From NCBI GenBank assembly GCA_002898675.1, contig BEHW01000001.1:1-50341 (forward strand): DNA of 50,341 nucleotides, in the 5' to 3' direction. The translations under genes were made by a program, and so were the position numbers. Positions 1 through 8,063 of the stretch are shown one piece after another. The number at the start of each line of letters is the position of its first letter. Position 1 is the stretch's first letter. The notes beneath the pieces were generated by a model. That model was not told the origin of the DNA and did no database searches. It saw only the letters and a program-made list of their open reading frames with translations. Origin of the DNA: a bacterium HR20. Lineage in GTDB: Bacteria > Bacteroidota > Ignavibacteria > Kapaibacteriales > NICIL-2.

Positions 1-853
1 TGTGGAAGTACGTATCAGGCAATTGCAATCCCTCGGCGACAGCGTACTGAAATGGGGTTGCGCTGGCAAACGTCGTAAACTGATGCACACGACGGATTGC
101 ACTGATGAGCGGCTCCGGGCCAAGCGCCCACCCACATTTCCAGCCCGTTGCGGCGAACGTTTTGGCAGCGCTCGAGATCGTAATTGTTCGCTGGCTCATT
201 CCTTCGAGTGTTGCAAGTCGGATGTGCTCATGCGGCTCGAAGGTGATGTGCTCGTACACTTCGTCCACGATCGCAACAAGGTCGTGCTCGATACAGACCT
301 GCGCTATTGCTTGCAGCTCCTCAATCGAAAACACGTGGCCAGTTGGATTCTGCGGGGTGTTGACGATGATCGCTCGCGTGCGCTCTGTAAGACGGCTGCG
401 CAATCGCTCTGGATCGAGTCGAAACGTGGGCGGTTCTAACACAACGGGAACTGGAATTGCTCGTACCATGAGCACATCGGGTACATAGACGTCGAAGCTC
501 GGCTCGAGAACGATCACTTCGTCGCCTGGTTCGACGACAGCTTGGAGTGCACACCAGAGCGCTTCGCTTGCGCCGCATGTAACGCAGATGTCCGTTTCTG
601 GGTCGAGCTGCTGACCGTACCAGTGCGCTGCATGGGAAGCGATTGCTTGGCGGAGGACGCGCTCACCGTGGGAGACAGCATACTGGTTATGCCCATGTTG
701 AATCGCATTGCATGCTGCATCGCGGAGCTGCGGTGGAGGGTCGAAGTCCGGGAATCCCTGCCCAAGGTTAATTGCACCGCAGGCATGGGCAAGTGCCGAC
801 ATCTCCGAAAAAATCGAGCGAGCGAAACTGCGTGCTAACTGAGAACTGCGCAT
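1..853 (-). CDS. PLP-dependent aminotransferase, class I/II (YbdL / kynurenine-aminotransferase-like), C-terminus cut by window edge
   Basis: Absent from the ORF track because there is no stop in the window. My minus-strand translation from ATG 853..851 runs open to position 2: MRSSQLARSFARSIFSEMSALAHACGAINLGQGFPDFDPPPQL...IIVNTPQNPTGHVFS...ITISSAAKTFAATGWKCGWALGP. NLGQGFPDF, NPxNPTG and the SxxK..TGWK PLP-lysine motif are fold-type I aminotransferase hallmarks. Confidence 0.85.
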   Translation of the reverse strand, partial: MRSSQLARSFARSIFSEMSALAHACGAINLGQGFPDFDPPPQLRDAACNAIQHGHNQYAVSHGERVLRQAIASHAAHWYGQQLDPETDICVTCGASEALWCALQAVVEPGDEVIVLEPSFDVYVPDVLMVRAIPVPVVLEPPTFRLDPERLRSRLTERTRAIIVNTPQNPTGHVFSIEELQAIAQVCIEHDLVAIVDEVYEHITFEPHEHIRLATLEGMSQRTITISSAAKTFAATGWKCGWALGPEPLISAIRRVHQFTTFASATPFQYAVAEGLQLPDTYFH

Positions 854-1008
854 CGTTCGTCTTCTGCTGTGGCTATTTTTCACCCGAATGCCAACGTACC
901 GCGCGGCATGCAGAGCATCTGCGTCGCAAAGATAGCGTCGGCTGCGGAGGGTCGGGAACGCCAGTGTGTACTTTTGCGTTGGTAGTTGTAGCGTTCTCGG
1001 AGCAACAC

Positions 1009-1365
1009 ATGCTTGAGCTCTACGTCCCAGTTTTTGTGATGATCGCGCTCGGTGTGTTTTTCGGCATCGTCAATATTCTCGTCGCCGAGTACATCGGGCC
1101 ACGTCGGGCGAACAAAGAGAAGAACTCCACGTATGAATCCGGCATGGAGCCGCTCCGCTCTGCGCGGGAGCGCTTTTCGGTGAAGTTCTACATGGTCGCG
1201 ATGCTCTTCATTTTGTTTGACATCGAGATCATCTTCATGTACCCGTGGGCAGTGCAGGTGCGGCAGCTCGGTGCAGTCGGGTTCATCGCGATGGTGCTGT
1301 TCATGGTGCTCTTGCTCGCAGGATATGTGTACATCATCAAGAAAGGTGCGCTCTCATGGGAGTGA
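1009..1365 (+). CDS. nuoA: NADH-quinone oxidoreductase subunit A
   Basis: Internal ATG at 1009 of ORF 772..1365. [15 protein letters not shown]...[10 protein letters not shown]...[24 protein letters not shown] matches the NuoA/ND3 signature, with three TM helices. The TGA at 1363..1365 overlaps the nuoB start. Confidence 0.9.
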   Translation: MLELYVPVFVMIALGVFFGIVNILVAEYIGPRRANKEKNSTYESGMEPLRSARERFSVKFYMVAMLFILFDIEIIFMYPWAVQVRQLGAVGFIAMVLFMVLLLAGYVYIIKKGALSWE

Positions 1366-1907
1366 TCAATCCAATCGCGAATGGTGGGTTCTTGACAACC
1401 ACCGTTGAAGCAGCCATCAACTGGGCACAGGCGAATTCGCTCTGGCCGATGCCGCTCGGTATTTCGTGCTGCGGCATTGAGATGATGGCGTTTGCTGCCT
1501 CGCGCTTCGATGTGGCGCGCTTCGGCTCGGAAAAGATGGGATTCACACCTCGCCAATCGGACCTGCTCATCGTCGCCGGTACGGTTACGTACAAGATGGC
1601 ATGGGTTGTCCGCAAGATTTACGACCAAATGCCTGATCCCAAATGGGTGATTTCGATGGGCGTGTGTGCCTCCAGCGGCGGGATGTTCCGCAGCTATTCG
1701 GTCGTGCAGGGCATTGACCTCTTTCTGCCAGTGGATGTCTACGTTTCCGGCTGCCCGCCGCGTCCGGAAGCGCTCATCAAGGCACTGATGACGATCCAGG
1801 AAAAAATCAAGCGGACCCGCCCGATCTTGATTGATTCCGAGGCTACCCCAGTCGAAGCGATCGAGGTCGAGCGGACACCGAGCGGACTGCTCGTTCCAGC
1901 AGAGTAA
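1356..1907 (+). CDS. nuoB: NADH-quinone oxidoreductase subunit B
   Basis: ATG 1356 inside ORF 1245..1907. [13 protein letters not shown]...[13 protein letters not shown]...[10 protein letters not shown] carries the conserved Cys ligands of cluster N2 (NuoB/PSST family). 10-nt overlap with nuoA. Confidence 0.93.
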   Translation: MGVINPIANGGFLTTTVEAAINWAQANSLWPMPLGISCCGIEMMAFAASRFDVARFGSEKMGFTPRQSDLLIVAGTVTYKMAWVVRKIYDQMPDPKWVISMGVCASSGGMFRSYSVVQGIDLFLPVDVYVSGCPPRPEALIKALMTIQEKIKRTRPILIDSEATPVEAIEVERTPSGLLVPAE

Positions 1908-1918
1908 CGCGCGGCGCA

Positions 1919-2827
1919 ATGGGCGGTACCATCATTTACTCAGACAACCTTGATGCTCTCCGCTCGATAGAGACTGGGAGCATCGATCTTATTTACATTG
2001 ACCCTCCATTCAATACTGGAAAGCTGCAGAAGCGGACGACAATAAAAGTTCATGCGGCCCATGATGGTGAGCGTGTTGGTTTTGGGGATCGCAGGTATCG
2101 AGCGACAGTTCTGGGAACAAGAGCGTTCCAAGATGCGTTCGATGATTACCTTGAGTTTCTTCGTCCTCGTCTTGAGGAAGCGTACCGGGTCCTCGCACCG
2201 CATGGCTCCCTCTATTTCCACATTGATTACCGCTGGGCACACTACTGTAAGATTCTTCTCGACAGCATTTTCGGGGTTGATGCATTCATCAATGAGATTA
2301 TTTGGGCGTACGACTTTGGCGGGCGCTCCAAACGGCGTTGGCCAGCCAAACATGACACCATTTTCTTCTATGCTAAAGATCCCGAACGCTACTATTTCAA
2401 CGATGAAGCTATCGAGCGGATTCCTTACATGGCTCCTGGGCTTGTGGGAGCGGAGAAAGCTGCACGCGGGAAACTTCCAACCGATGTATGGTGGCATACG
2501 ATTGTTCCGACAAATAGCAAGGAGAAAACTGGGTATCCAACACAGAAACCACTTGGAATTCTCCGCCGCATTATCGCCGCCTCGTCAAAACCGGGCGATA
2601 CAGTTTTAGACTTCTTTGCAGGGAGTGGAACGACTGGAATCGCCGCTGCCGAGCTTGGGCGAAACTTCATTCTCGTTGACAACAATCAGGATGCGCTTAT
2701 CGTTATGGCTCGCCGATTTGCTGGGATTCCAGAAATATCCTGGGTGAACTTTGACCCGGAGCCGCACCGGGGATCTTCATCCCAACAAGTGTTATTCGAA
2801 CCCTCTTATGCCCAGCCGATCAAGTAA
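1919..2827 (+). CDS. Site-specific DNA methyltransferase, beta-class N6_N4 family (probably N6-adenine)
   Basis: ATG at 1919, 11 nt after the nuoB stop. Motif IV DLIYIDPPFN is near the N-terminus, YPTQKP follows, and SAM motif I VLDFFAGSGTTGIAA is near the C-terminus, which is the beta-class order. D-P-P-F rather than S-P-P-F favours m6A. GC is visibly lower than in the flanks. Confidence 0.9.
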   Translation: MGGTIIYSDNLDALRSIETGSIDLIYIDPPFNTGKLQKRTTIKVHAAHDGERVGFGDRRYRATVLGTRAFQDAFDDYLEFLRPRLEEAYRVLAPHGSLYFHIDYRWAHYCKILLDSIFGVDAFINEIIWAYDFGGRSKRRWPAKHDTIFFYAKDPERYYFNDEAIERIPYMAPGLVGAEKAARGKLPTDVWWHTIVPTNSKEKTGYPTQKPLGILRRIIAASSKPGDTVLDFFAGSGTTGIAAAELGRNFILVDNNQDALIVMARRFAGIPEISWVNFDPEPHRGSSSQQVLFEPSYAQPIK

Positions 2828-3344
2828 TGTTACACCCTACGATGTTCTAGCTCAAATTTCTCGTGAGCTTGAGGGAATGTATGCCGCAGATACCCAGCAA
2901 TGGCAACACAGTCCATTCCGGTGGCTTGTTGTGGGAATACCCTCCCGAACCGTTGGTAAGATCGGTGAAGAACTCGTCCTGCGCTTCTGCAAGTACTACG
3001 GCATTGCTATAGACAAAGCACCTGATAGTGAGGCCGACCTTATCATCAACAATTGCCGAGTCGAGGTGAAATTCTCAACGTTGTGGAGGAATGGGATTTA
3101 CACATTTCAACAAATTCGCGATCAGAGCTACCAGTACATAGTCGCACTGGGTGTATCACCAGACACTGCACACTGCTGGGTAATCCCAAAGAGTGTTGCA
3201 TGGAGTAATGCAGCCAAGCAACACGGAGGACAACAAGGGAACGACACCCGCTGGATCCAGATTGACCCTAAGAATCCACCAGCATGGATAGCAGAATATG
3301 GAGGAGACTTGAGTTGCGCACTAAAGCTACTCAAGAAGTTATAA
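2808..3344 (+). CDS. Putative PD-(D/E)XK restriction endonuclease partner of the methyltransferase
   Basis: ATG 2808 inside ORF 2751..3344, with a 20-nt overlap with the MTase end. 178 aa. SEADLIINNCRVEVKFS gives a D-x9-E-x-K nuclease core. Low GC, like the MTase. I do not recognise the family beyond the motif. Confidence 0.6.
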   Translation: MPSRSSNVTPYDVLAQISRELEGMYAADTQQWQHSPFRWLVVGIPSRTVGKIGEELVLRFCKYYGIAIDKAPDSEADLIINNCRVEVKFSTLWRNGIYTFQQIRDQSYQYIVALGVSPDTAHCWVIPKSVAWSNAAKQHGGQQGNDTRWIQIDPKNPPAWIAEYGGDLSCALKLLKKL

Positions 3345-3350
3345 CCTCTA

Positions 3351-4043
3351 CTACTCGACAATCACAGGCACTGCAGCAGACCCCTTGCTGCTTTCAAGGC
3401 GCAGGATGTATAGCCCTGGGGACGTCCCCGATGGCAGCGTCAGTGTCAAGCGATGAATACCCCGCTCAAGCTCGAAGGTCCACTGTGCCACAAGGCGGCC
3501 GAGTACGTCGTAGAGCTGCAGTATCGCACGTGACGAAGCGTCCAGCGCGATTGTAACAGCAAACGGTTCTTCGCGAACAATCGGCATCGGGAACGGCCCT
3601 TCCAACCGAGCAAAACGGAGGTACGGCAGTGGCGGTCCGACCGATGCAACGATGAGCACCTGCTCTAGCGACCTAGGAACGCTCGGGCACAGCGAATCTT
3701 CATCGAGCCTGACGATGCAGACCGAATCTGAACCTGCCAGTACAATGCCGCAGAGTTCAAGCTCAACGGTGCCAGCAGTTGCCTGCGGTGCTTCCAGCAA
3801 CCAGAGCGTGTCGCTTTCTCTACGCAAGGTTGCAGCCGATTGCCCAATACGAGCACTCTGGGGATACCACACGGTCGGATTGCTCAACCAAACCCCACAT
3901 CGAAAGACACAGCGATCGGCCAGTGTCAGCGTTCGGCGGAAGCAGAGCGTGCTGCCAACCAATCCACGAGTGGTATCAATCTCTGCACGCGCAGGAAGCA
4001 CCAGAAGCCAGAAAGAGAACACCAGCAGTACGACAGAGGTCAT
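3351..4043 (-). CDS. Secreted protein of unknown function with T9SS C-terminal sorting domain
   Basis: ATG 4043..4041 (internal Met of ORF 3351..4505). Signal peptide MTSVVLLVFSFWLLVLPARA. C-terminal tail AILQLYDVLGRLVAQWTFELERGIHRLTLTLPSGTSPGLYILRLESSKGSAAVPVIVE fits the T9SS CTD pattern. The start forms an ATGA overlap with the upstream gene's stop. Confidence 0.75.
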   Translation of the reverse strand: MTSVVLLVFSFWLLVLPARAEIDTTRGLVGSTLCFRRTLTLADRCVFRCGVWLSNPTVWYPQSARIGQSAATLRRESDTLWLLEAPQATAGTVELELCGIVLAGSDSVCIVRLDEDSLCPSVPRSLEQVLIVASVGPPLPYLRFARLEGPFPMPIVREEPFAVTIALDASSRAILQLYDVLGRLVAQWTFELERGIHRLTLTLPSGTSPGLYILRLESSKGSAAVPVIVE

Positions 4044-4783
4044 TTCGTCCCGTGCTTCGGTGAGCGCTTGACTGCATGTGGCTTGGGGATAATGAACGGT
4101 GTGCAGTTGCACTGCTGCTCGACAAGGGGACGCGCTTTCTCCGCTGCTGCGCGGCTGGTGTAGTCTCCTATGGTGACAGCATAGAGCGATGGCGCTTTCT
4201 CGACAACCTCCACACGGAGCCGCTGCGCACGAAAACGCTGCGCCTCGTTCTCTGCTGTTTCTTTCGTCGAATAGGCGCCGATCTGGAGCGTGTATCGTTC
4301 CTGCGTCGCTGTGTCGCTGGTGCTGCCACGTTCGGAGGATCGCTGCTGCTCGACCACCGTTGGAGCAAGCCCTACGGTCGTACGCACAATGTCTTGGGCA
4401 TGGACAAAAAACTCCGATAGCGGGAAGCGCTGCTGAAAATCTGCTAACGCAGCACGTGCATTTGCTGTATCGCGGAGCAGTGCGTAGTACTGCACGATGC
4501 GCCATTGCGCATCATCGGCCCATTCGGAGGAGGGAAACTCCTTCACGATACGCTTGTACACTTCGACTGCACGCGCACCGTCCGGCTCGACAATCGCACT
4601 CAAAAAAAGAACGCCCGGATCGTTTGGGTGTTCCTTGATAAGTGCAGGTATCTCCCGGCGAACATCGTCGGCATGCCCTTCTGCGACAGCGAGAATCTTC
4701 GCCCGTATCGCTGCTGATTGCCCGTAGAGTCCAAGCGTTGTAGCAAACGCAATACTGACGGTAGCAAGGAGACGAGCATCCAT
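4040..4783 (-). CDS. SPOR-domain (peptidoglycan-binding) protein with TPR/YbgF-like N-terminal region
   Basis: ATG 4783..4781 inside ORF 4040..4897. Signal peptide MDARLLATVSIAFATTLGLYGQ. C-terminal YTLQIGAYSTKETAENEAQRFRAQRLRVEVVEKAPSLYAVTIGDYTSRAAAEKA is a typical SPOR repeat. Confidence 0.8.
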   Translation of the reverse strand: MDARLLATVSIAFATTLGLYGQSAAIRAKILAVAEGHADDVRREIPALIKEHPNDPGVLFLSAIVEPDGARAVEVYKRIVKEFPSSEWADDAQWRIVQYYALLRDTANARAALADFQQRFPLSEFFVHAQDIVRTTVGLAPTVVEQQRSSERGSTSDTATQERYTLQIGAYSTKETAENEAQRFRAQRLRVEVVEKAPSLYAVTIGDYTSRAAAEKARPLVEQQCNCTPFIIPKPHAVKRSPKHGTK

Positions 4784-4899
4784 GGAAGCTCCGGTTGTTG
4801 GTGAAACATGCTCTCGGCTGATGGGGAGCGCCGACGCGATACTTTTGTGCACGCGCATGCCGCGCTCTTGTGCAACCGAACACTGCCGCAGCAGCAAAA

Positions 4900-6006
4900 A
4901 TGCAGAACCAAGCCCGACTTCCTCTCATCGTCGCCGCAGGCGGGACTGGCGGCGATCTCTTCCCAGTTTTAGCAATCGTTGAACAGTTGAGCCGCATACT
5001 CCCGCCGCATGCTGTGCTCGAGCCGGTCTTTGTTGGCAATCGGTCGCGCATCGAAGGACGTGTCATTCCCGCGCGTGGGTACCGCTTCGTTCCAATCCCA
5101 ATGCGTGGGTACTACGGATTGCGCTCGGCTCGGACGTACTCGCTCGCATGGCGGCTGCCAATCTCGATAGCACGCGTTGCACACATCCTCTCCACGGTAC
5201 AGCCACATGTGGCACTGCTGGCTGGTACCTACATAAGTCTCCCTGTTGCAATCGCTGCGCGGTGGGCGAACGTACCCATTGTGCTCGTCGAGATCAATGC
5301 CATACCAGGCAAGGTCAATCGAATGGTTGCCCAGTGGGCTGAACGCATCTTCGTGAGCGTTCCTGCGTGTCGGGATGCTTTTCCTTCCTCTGTGCGGGAA
5401 CGGGTGTTGGTTGTCGGTACACCGATTCGTCCTGAGCTACGCACACGCATTGATCCCCGTATCGCACGAGGGAGCTTTGGACTTGATCCTGAGCGCCCAG
5501 TGCTCCTTGTACTCGGTGGATCACTCGGAGCGCAGTCAATCAACAGCGCTGTCGAAGCCATCCGCGATCGTATCCTTGCGGCAGGGTGGCAGATTCTTTG
5601 GCAAACAGGTGCAAACTACTCTCCTCCGCTTAGCTCTGGGATAGTGACGCGTCCATTCATCGAGGACATGGCGTCGGCGTACGCAGCAGCGGAACTGGTT
5701 CTCAGTCGCGCTGGGGGAAGCACTGTTGCAGAGCTTGCGGCACTTGGGAAAGCGGCGATTTTAGTGCCTTATCCGCATGCAGCCAATCGCGAGCAACACC
5801 ACAACGCACAGGTCCTCGCGCAGGCTGGAGGAGCAGTGGTCATCGAGGATGCCTCGCTCAGTGCAGCGCTGTGGCCAGCACTCGAGCCGTTGCTCAGCGA
5901 TGGCTGCCGACGCCAATCCATGGCACGTGCTGCGCATTCCCTTGGAGTGCCCGATGCAACCGAGCGTGCCGCAGGCAGTCTGGCAACTCTCCTTGTGGGG
6001 ACTTAG
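4900..6006 (+). CDS. murG: UDP-N-acetylglucosamine--N-acetylmuramyl-(pentapeptide) pyrophosphoryl-undecaprenol GlcNAc transferase
   Basis: The ORF track start at 4870 is GTG, and the first ATG is at 4900 (MQNQARLPLIVAAGGTGGDLFP). G-loop GGTGGxxFP, LVLGGSLGAQSIN and SRAGGSTVAELAALGKAAILVPYP are MurG motifs. The start is ambiguous between 4870 and 4900. Confidence 0.9.
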   Translation: MQNQARLPLIVAAGGTGGDLFPVLAIVEQLSRILPPHAVLEPVFVGNRSRIEGRVIPARGYRFVPIPMRGYYGLRSARTYSLAWRLPISIARVAHILSTVQPHVALLAGTYISLPVAIAARWANVPIVLVEINAIPGKVNRMVAQWAERIFVSVPACRDAFPSSVRERVLVVGTPIRPELRTRIDPRIARGSFGLDPERPVLLVLGGSLGAQSINSAVEAIRDRILAAGWQILWQTGANYSPPLSSGIVTRPFIEDMASAYAAAELVLSRAGGSTVAELAALGKAAILVPYPHAANREQHHNAQVLAQAGGAVVIEDASLSAALWPALEPLLSDGCRRQSMARAAHSLGVPDATERAAGSLATLLVGT

Positions 6007-6317
6007 TGATACTTGTGCCCTTCAGGAGGGGACATCATGCCGGGATCGGCGACGATGATCTCGCCGTACTGTTGCTCGTAGCGAGAAATGTTCTCGCTCA
6101 GCGCTGCCAACAGCAACTTCGCATGCTGGGGCGTCATGATGATTCGTGCGTGGACACGCGCTTTCGGCACTCCCGGCAACAGCCGCGTAAAGTCAATGAC
6201 GAACTCCGCCGGTGAATGCGAGATGATTGCTAAGTTCGAGTAGATTCCCTCGGCTTCTTTTTCGCCCAGCTCGATGTTGATTTGCTGCGGCATGGGCTGA
6301 TCCTGATGCTGTGGCAT
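6003..6317 (-). CDS. DUF3467-family protein
   Basis: ATG 6317..6315. INIELGEKEAEGIYSNLAIISHSPAEFVIDFTRLLPGVPKARVHARIIMTPQHAKLLLAAL matches the DUF3467 pattern as I remember it. Its stop overlaps the murG stop (TTAG, convergent). Confidence 0.8.
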   Translation of the reverse strand: MPQHQDQPMPQQINIELGEKEAEGIYSNLAIISHSPAEFVIDFTRLLPGVPKARVHARIIMTPQHAKLLLAALSENISRYEQQYGEIIVADPGMMSPPEGHKYH

Positions 6318-6380
6318 ATGTTCGCTGTCCGGAAAGTGATTATTCGGGAGCGGATAAACGTGCGCCGAGCAATTCCATTG

Positions 6381-7913
6381 TCAATTGCGGCGGCGCACTT
6401 GGTCTGCCCGCTTGTAGGCGCGTTCGGCTTTGTCCACTTGGTTATTGCGGGCGTAGTAGCCGCCAAGCAGTTCCCAGTAGCGAGCATTGGTGCTATACTG
6501 CGGCTCCATCGCTTCGAGCTCAGCGATGATCTGGCGGAGCCGGTCTTTATTGCGCGTCGTTTCGTAGATGTTGACGATGTGCTCGAGTGCGGTTAGGTCA
6601 TTGCGATGCTCCGGGAGCTGGCGGTAGCGATCGAAATACTCCGCCGCTTTTGCCAGAAGCGGGAAGTATCGCTGCTCGTTTTCCTTGTACTTCGGGTCGC
6701 GTTCCTTTCGCTCGCGTTCTTCCTTCTGGAGTTGGGCAGCACGATTCTTGAGCGCGGCTGCCGCATTGAAGAGAGCAACGTCGTACGTTGGGTCGAGTTG
6801 GAGCACTTTTTCGTACTCCGCGATTGCATCGTCGTACCGTTCCAGTTGGAGATAGACCAGCCCGAGGCTTGCGAGCGTCTGTTTGTTTGTGGGATCGCGC
6901 TCGGCACGTTCAGAAAGCTCGCGGAGTGCATCCTGGAGCCGTCCTTGATCGCGGTAGATCTGAATGCGGAAGTTCTGCACTGTTTCATCAGTCGGGGTGA
7001 GCGTTGCCAGCGGCTCGAGGGCTTGGAGTGCCTTATCGTAGTCTCGGCGATTGTAGTAGATCGTTGCCGTTTCGATGTACGGTCCGAGCGAGATTGGCAC
7101 GTAACGGAAGCGCTCATCGGCTGCCCATGTCGAAGGAGGATTGACGCGCCACCCTTCGACACGGTAGCCCTGCTGCGCTTTTGCATGGCTGGACACATAG
7201 ACGGTGTCGACTCCACGCACAAAGCGGTCCACAATCATCGAATCGCCAGTCGTGGTGCGGCTGGGCCGACTGGCTTGTGGTGGGCCGAAGATGTCAATCA
7301 CTTTATCCCGCGAGATGCCAAGTGCCAACCCCGTACGGCGAGCCAGCTGCACTGATGGATCGAGCAAGGTGATGTACCGCTTGTACGATTCGAGCGCCTG
7401 TGTTGTGTCGCCGCGCAACTCGAAGAGCCGCCCTTCGAGGTCATAATTCTCCGGAGCATCCGGACGCACGCGAATCGCTTTGCCGACAGTCTCAAACGCA
7501 TGCGCCAGCTCAGCGGTATCTCGGCTCTCGGCGATTCGGTTATAGAGTTCGACCGTCGTGTTGTACAGCTCCGCCCACGCAACGTAGTAAATCTGCGGGA
7601 GCGCACGGCGACGGTCCTCGCTCAGCCCTGGCGCTGCTGTCTGATAGGCTTGCATCATCCCTTCGATATCGCCAAGCTCTTTCCGCACCGAGCCGAGATC
7701 GTACCAAGCCTCGTAATTCTGCGGATTCCGTGCAACTTCACGCTCGAGTAGCACGCGTGCAGAATCCCATTGGCCGCGCTGCATCAACTGCCGCGCTTGC
7801 GCATGGCCAGGGGTCAGCCGCATCAGACCAGCACACGCTGCCAGCAGAAGAAAACTGGCAGCAACAGCACCCAAAACGGAACGGCTCACACGAATTCTCC
7901 GAATGGTGGACAT
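6381..7913 (-). CDS. TPR-repeat lipoprotein/secreted protein
   Basis: ATG 7913..7911. N-terminal VLGAVAASFLLLAACAG is lipobox-like. Multiple TPR-like helical repeats (NPQNYEAWYDLGSV..., DPTNKQTLASLGLVYLQLERYDDAIAEYEKVLQLDPTY...). Confidence 0.85.
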   Translation of the reverse strand: MSTIRRIRVSRSVLGAVAASFLLLAACAGLMRLTPGHAQARQLMQRGQWDSARVLLEREVARNPQNYEAWYDLGSVRKELGDIEGMMQAYQTAAPGLSEDRRRALPQIYYVAWAELYNTTVELYNRIAESRDTAELAHAFETVGKAIRVRPDAPENYDLEGRLFELRGDTTQALESYKRYITLLDPSVQLARRTGLALGISRDKVIDIFGPPQASRPSRTTTGDSMIVDRFVRGVDTVYVSSHAKAQQGYRVEGWRVNPPSTWAADERFRYVPISLGPYIETATIYYNRRDYDKALQALEPLATLTPTDETVQNFRIQIYRDQGRLQDALRELSERAERDPTNKQTLASLGLVYLQLERYDDAIAEYEKVLQLDPTYDVALFNAAAALKNRAAQLQKEERERKERDPKYKENEQRYFPLLAKAAEYFDRYRQLPEHRNDLTALEHIVNIYETTRNKDRLRQIIAELEAMEPQYSTNARYWELLGGYYARNNQVDKAERAYKRADQVRRRN

Positions 7914-8063
7914 TCAAGGGCACACGAAAATTACGGAACGTATTCTCCAGCGTCAGACCGTAGAACTACGGAAAATCTGTCTCCACAATGGACCCCTCGC
8001 ACTGCGGCCACATCGCCTGTCGTTTCGTAACATTGCACAGCCGTTGTACCCCGTGATCAATCC

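Noticed and set aside
772-1355. Upstream extensions of the nuoA (772..1008) and nuoB (1245..1355) ORFs
   Set aside because: The extensions lack similarity to NuoA/NuoB N-termini. The internal ATGs at 1009 and 1356 give canonical protein lengths and the usual nuoA/nuoB overlap.
4044-4505. N-terminal 154-aa extension of ORF 3351..4505 (MAHRAVLRTAPRYSKCTCC...)
   Set aside because: It is Arg/Cys/Ala-rich with no domain features, and it overlaps the well-supported SPOR gene in another frame. The internal ATG at 4043 gives a clean signal peptide and an ATGA junction.
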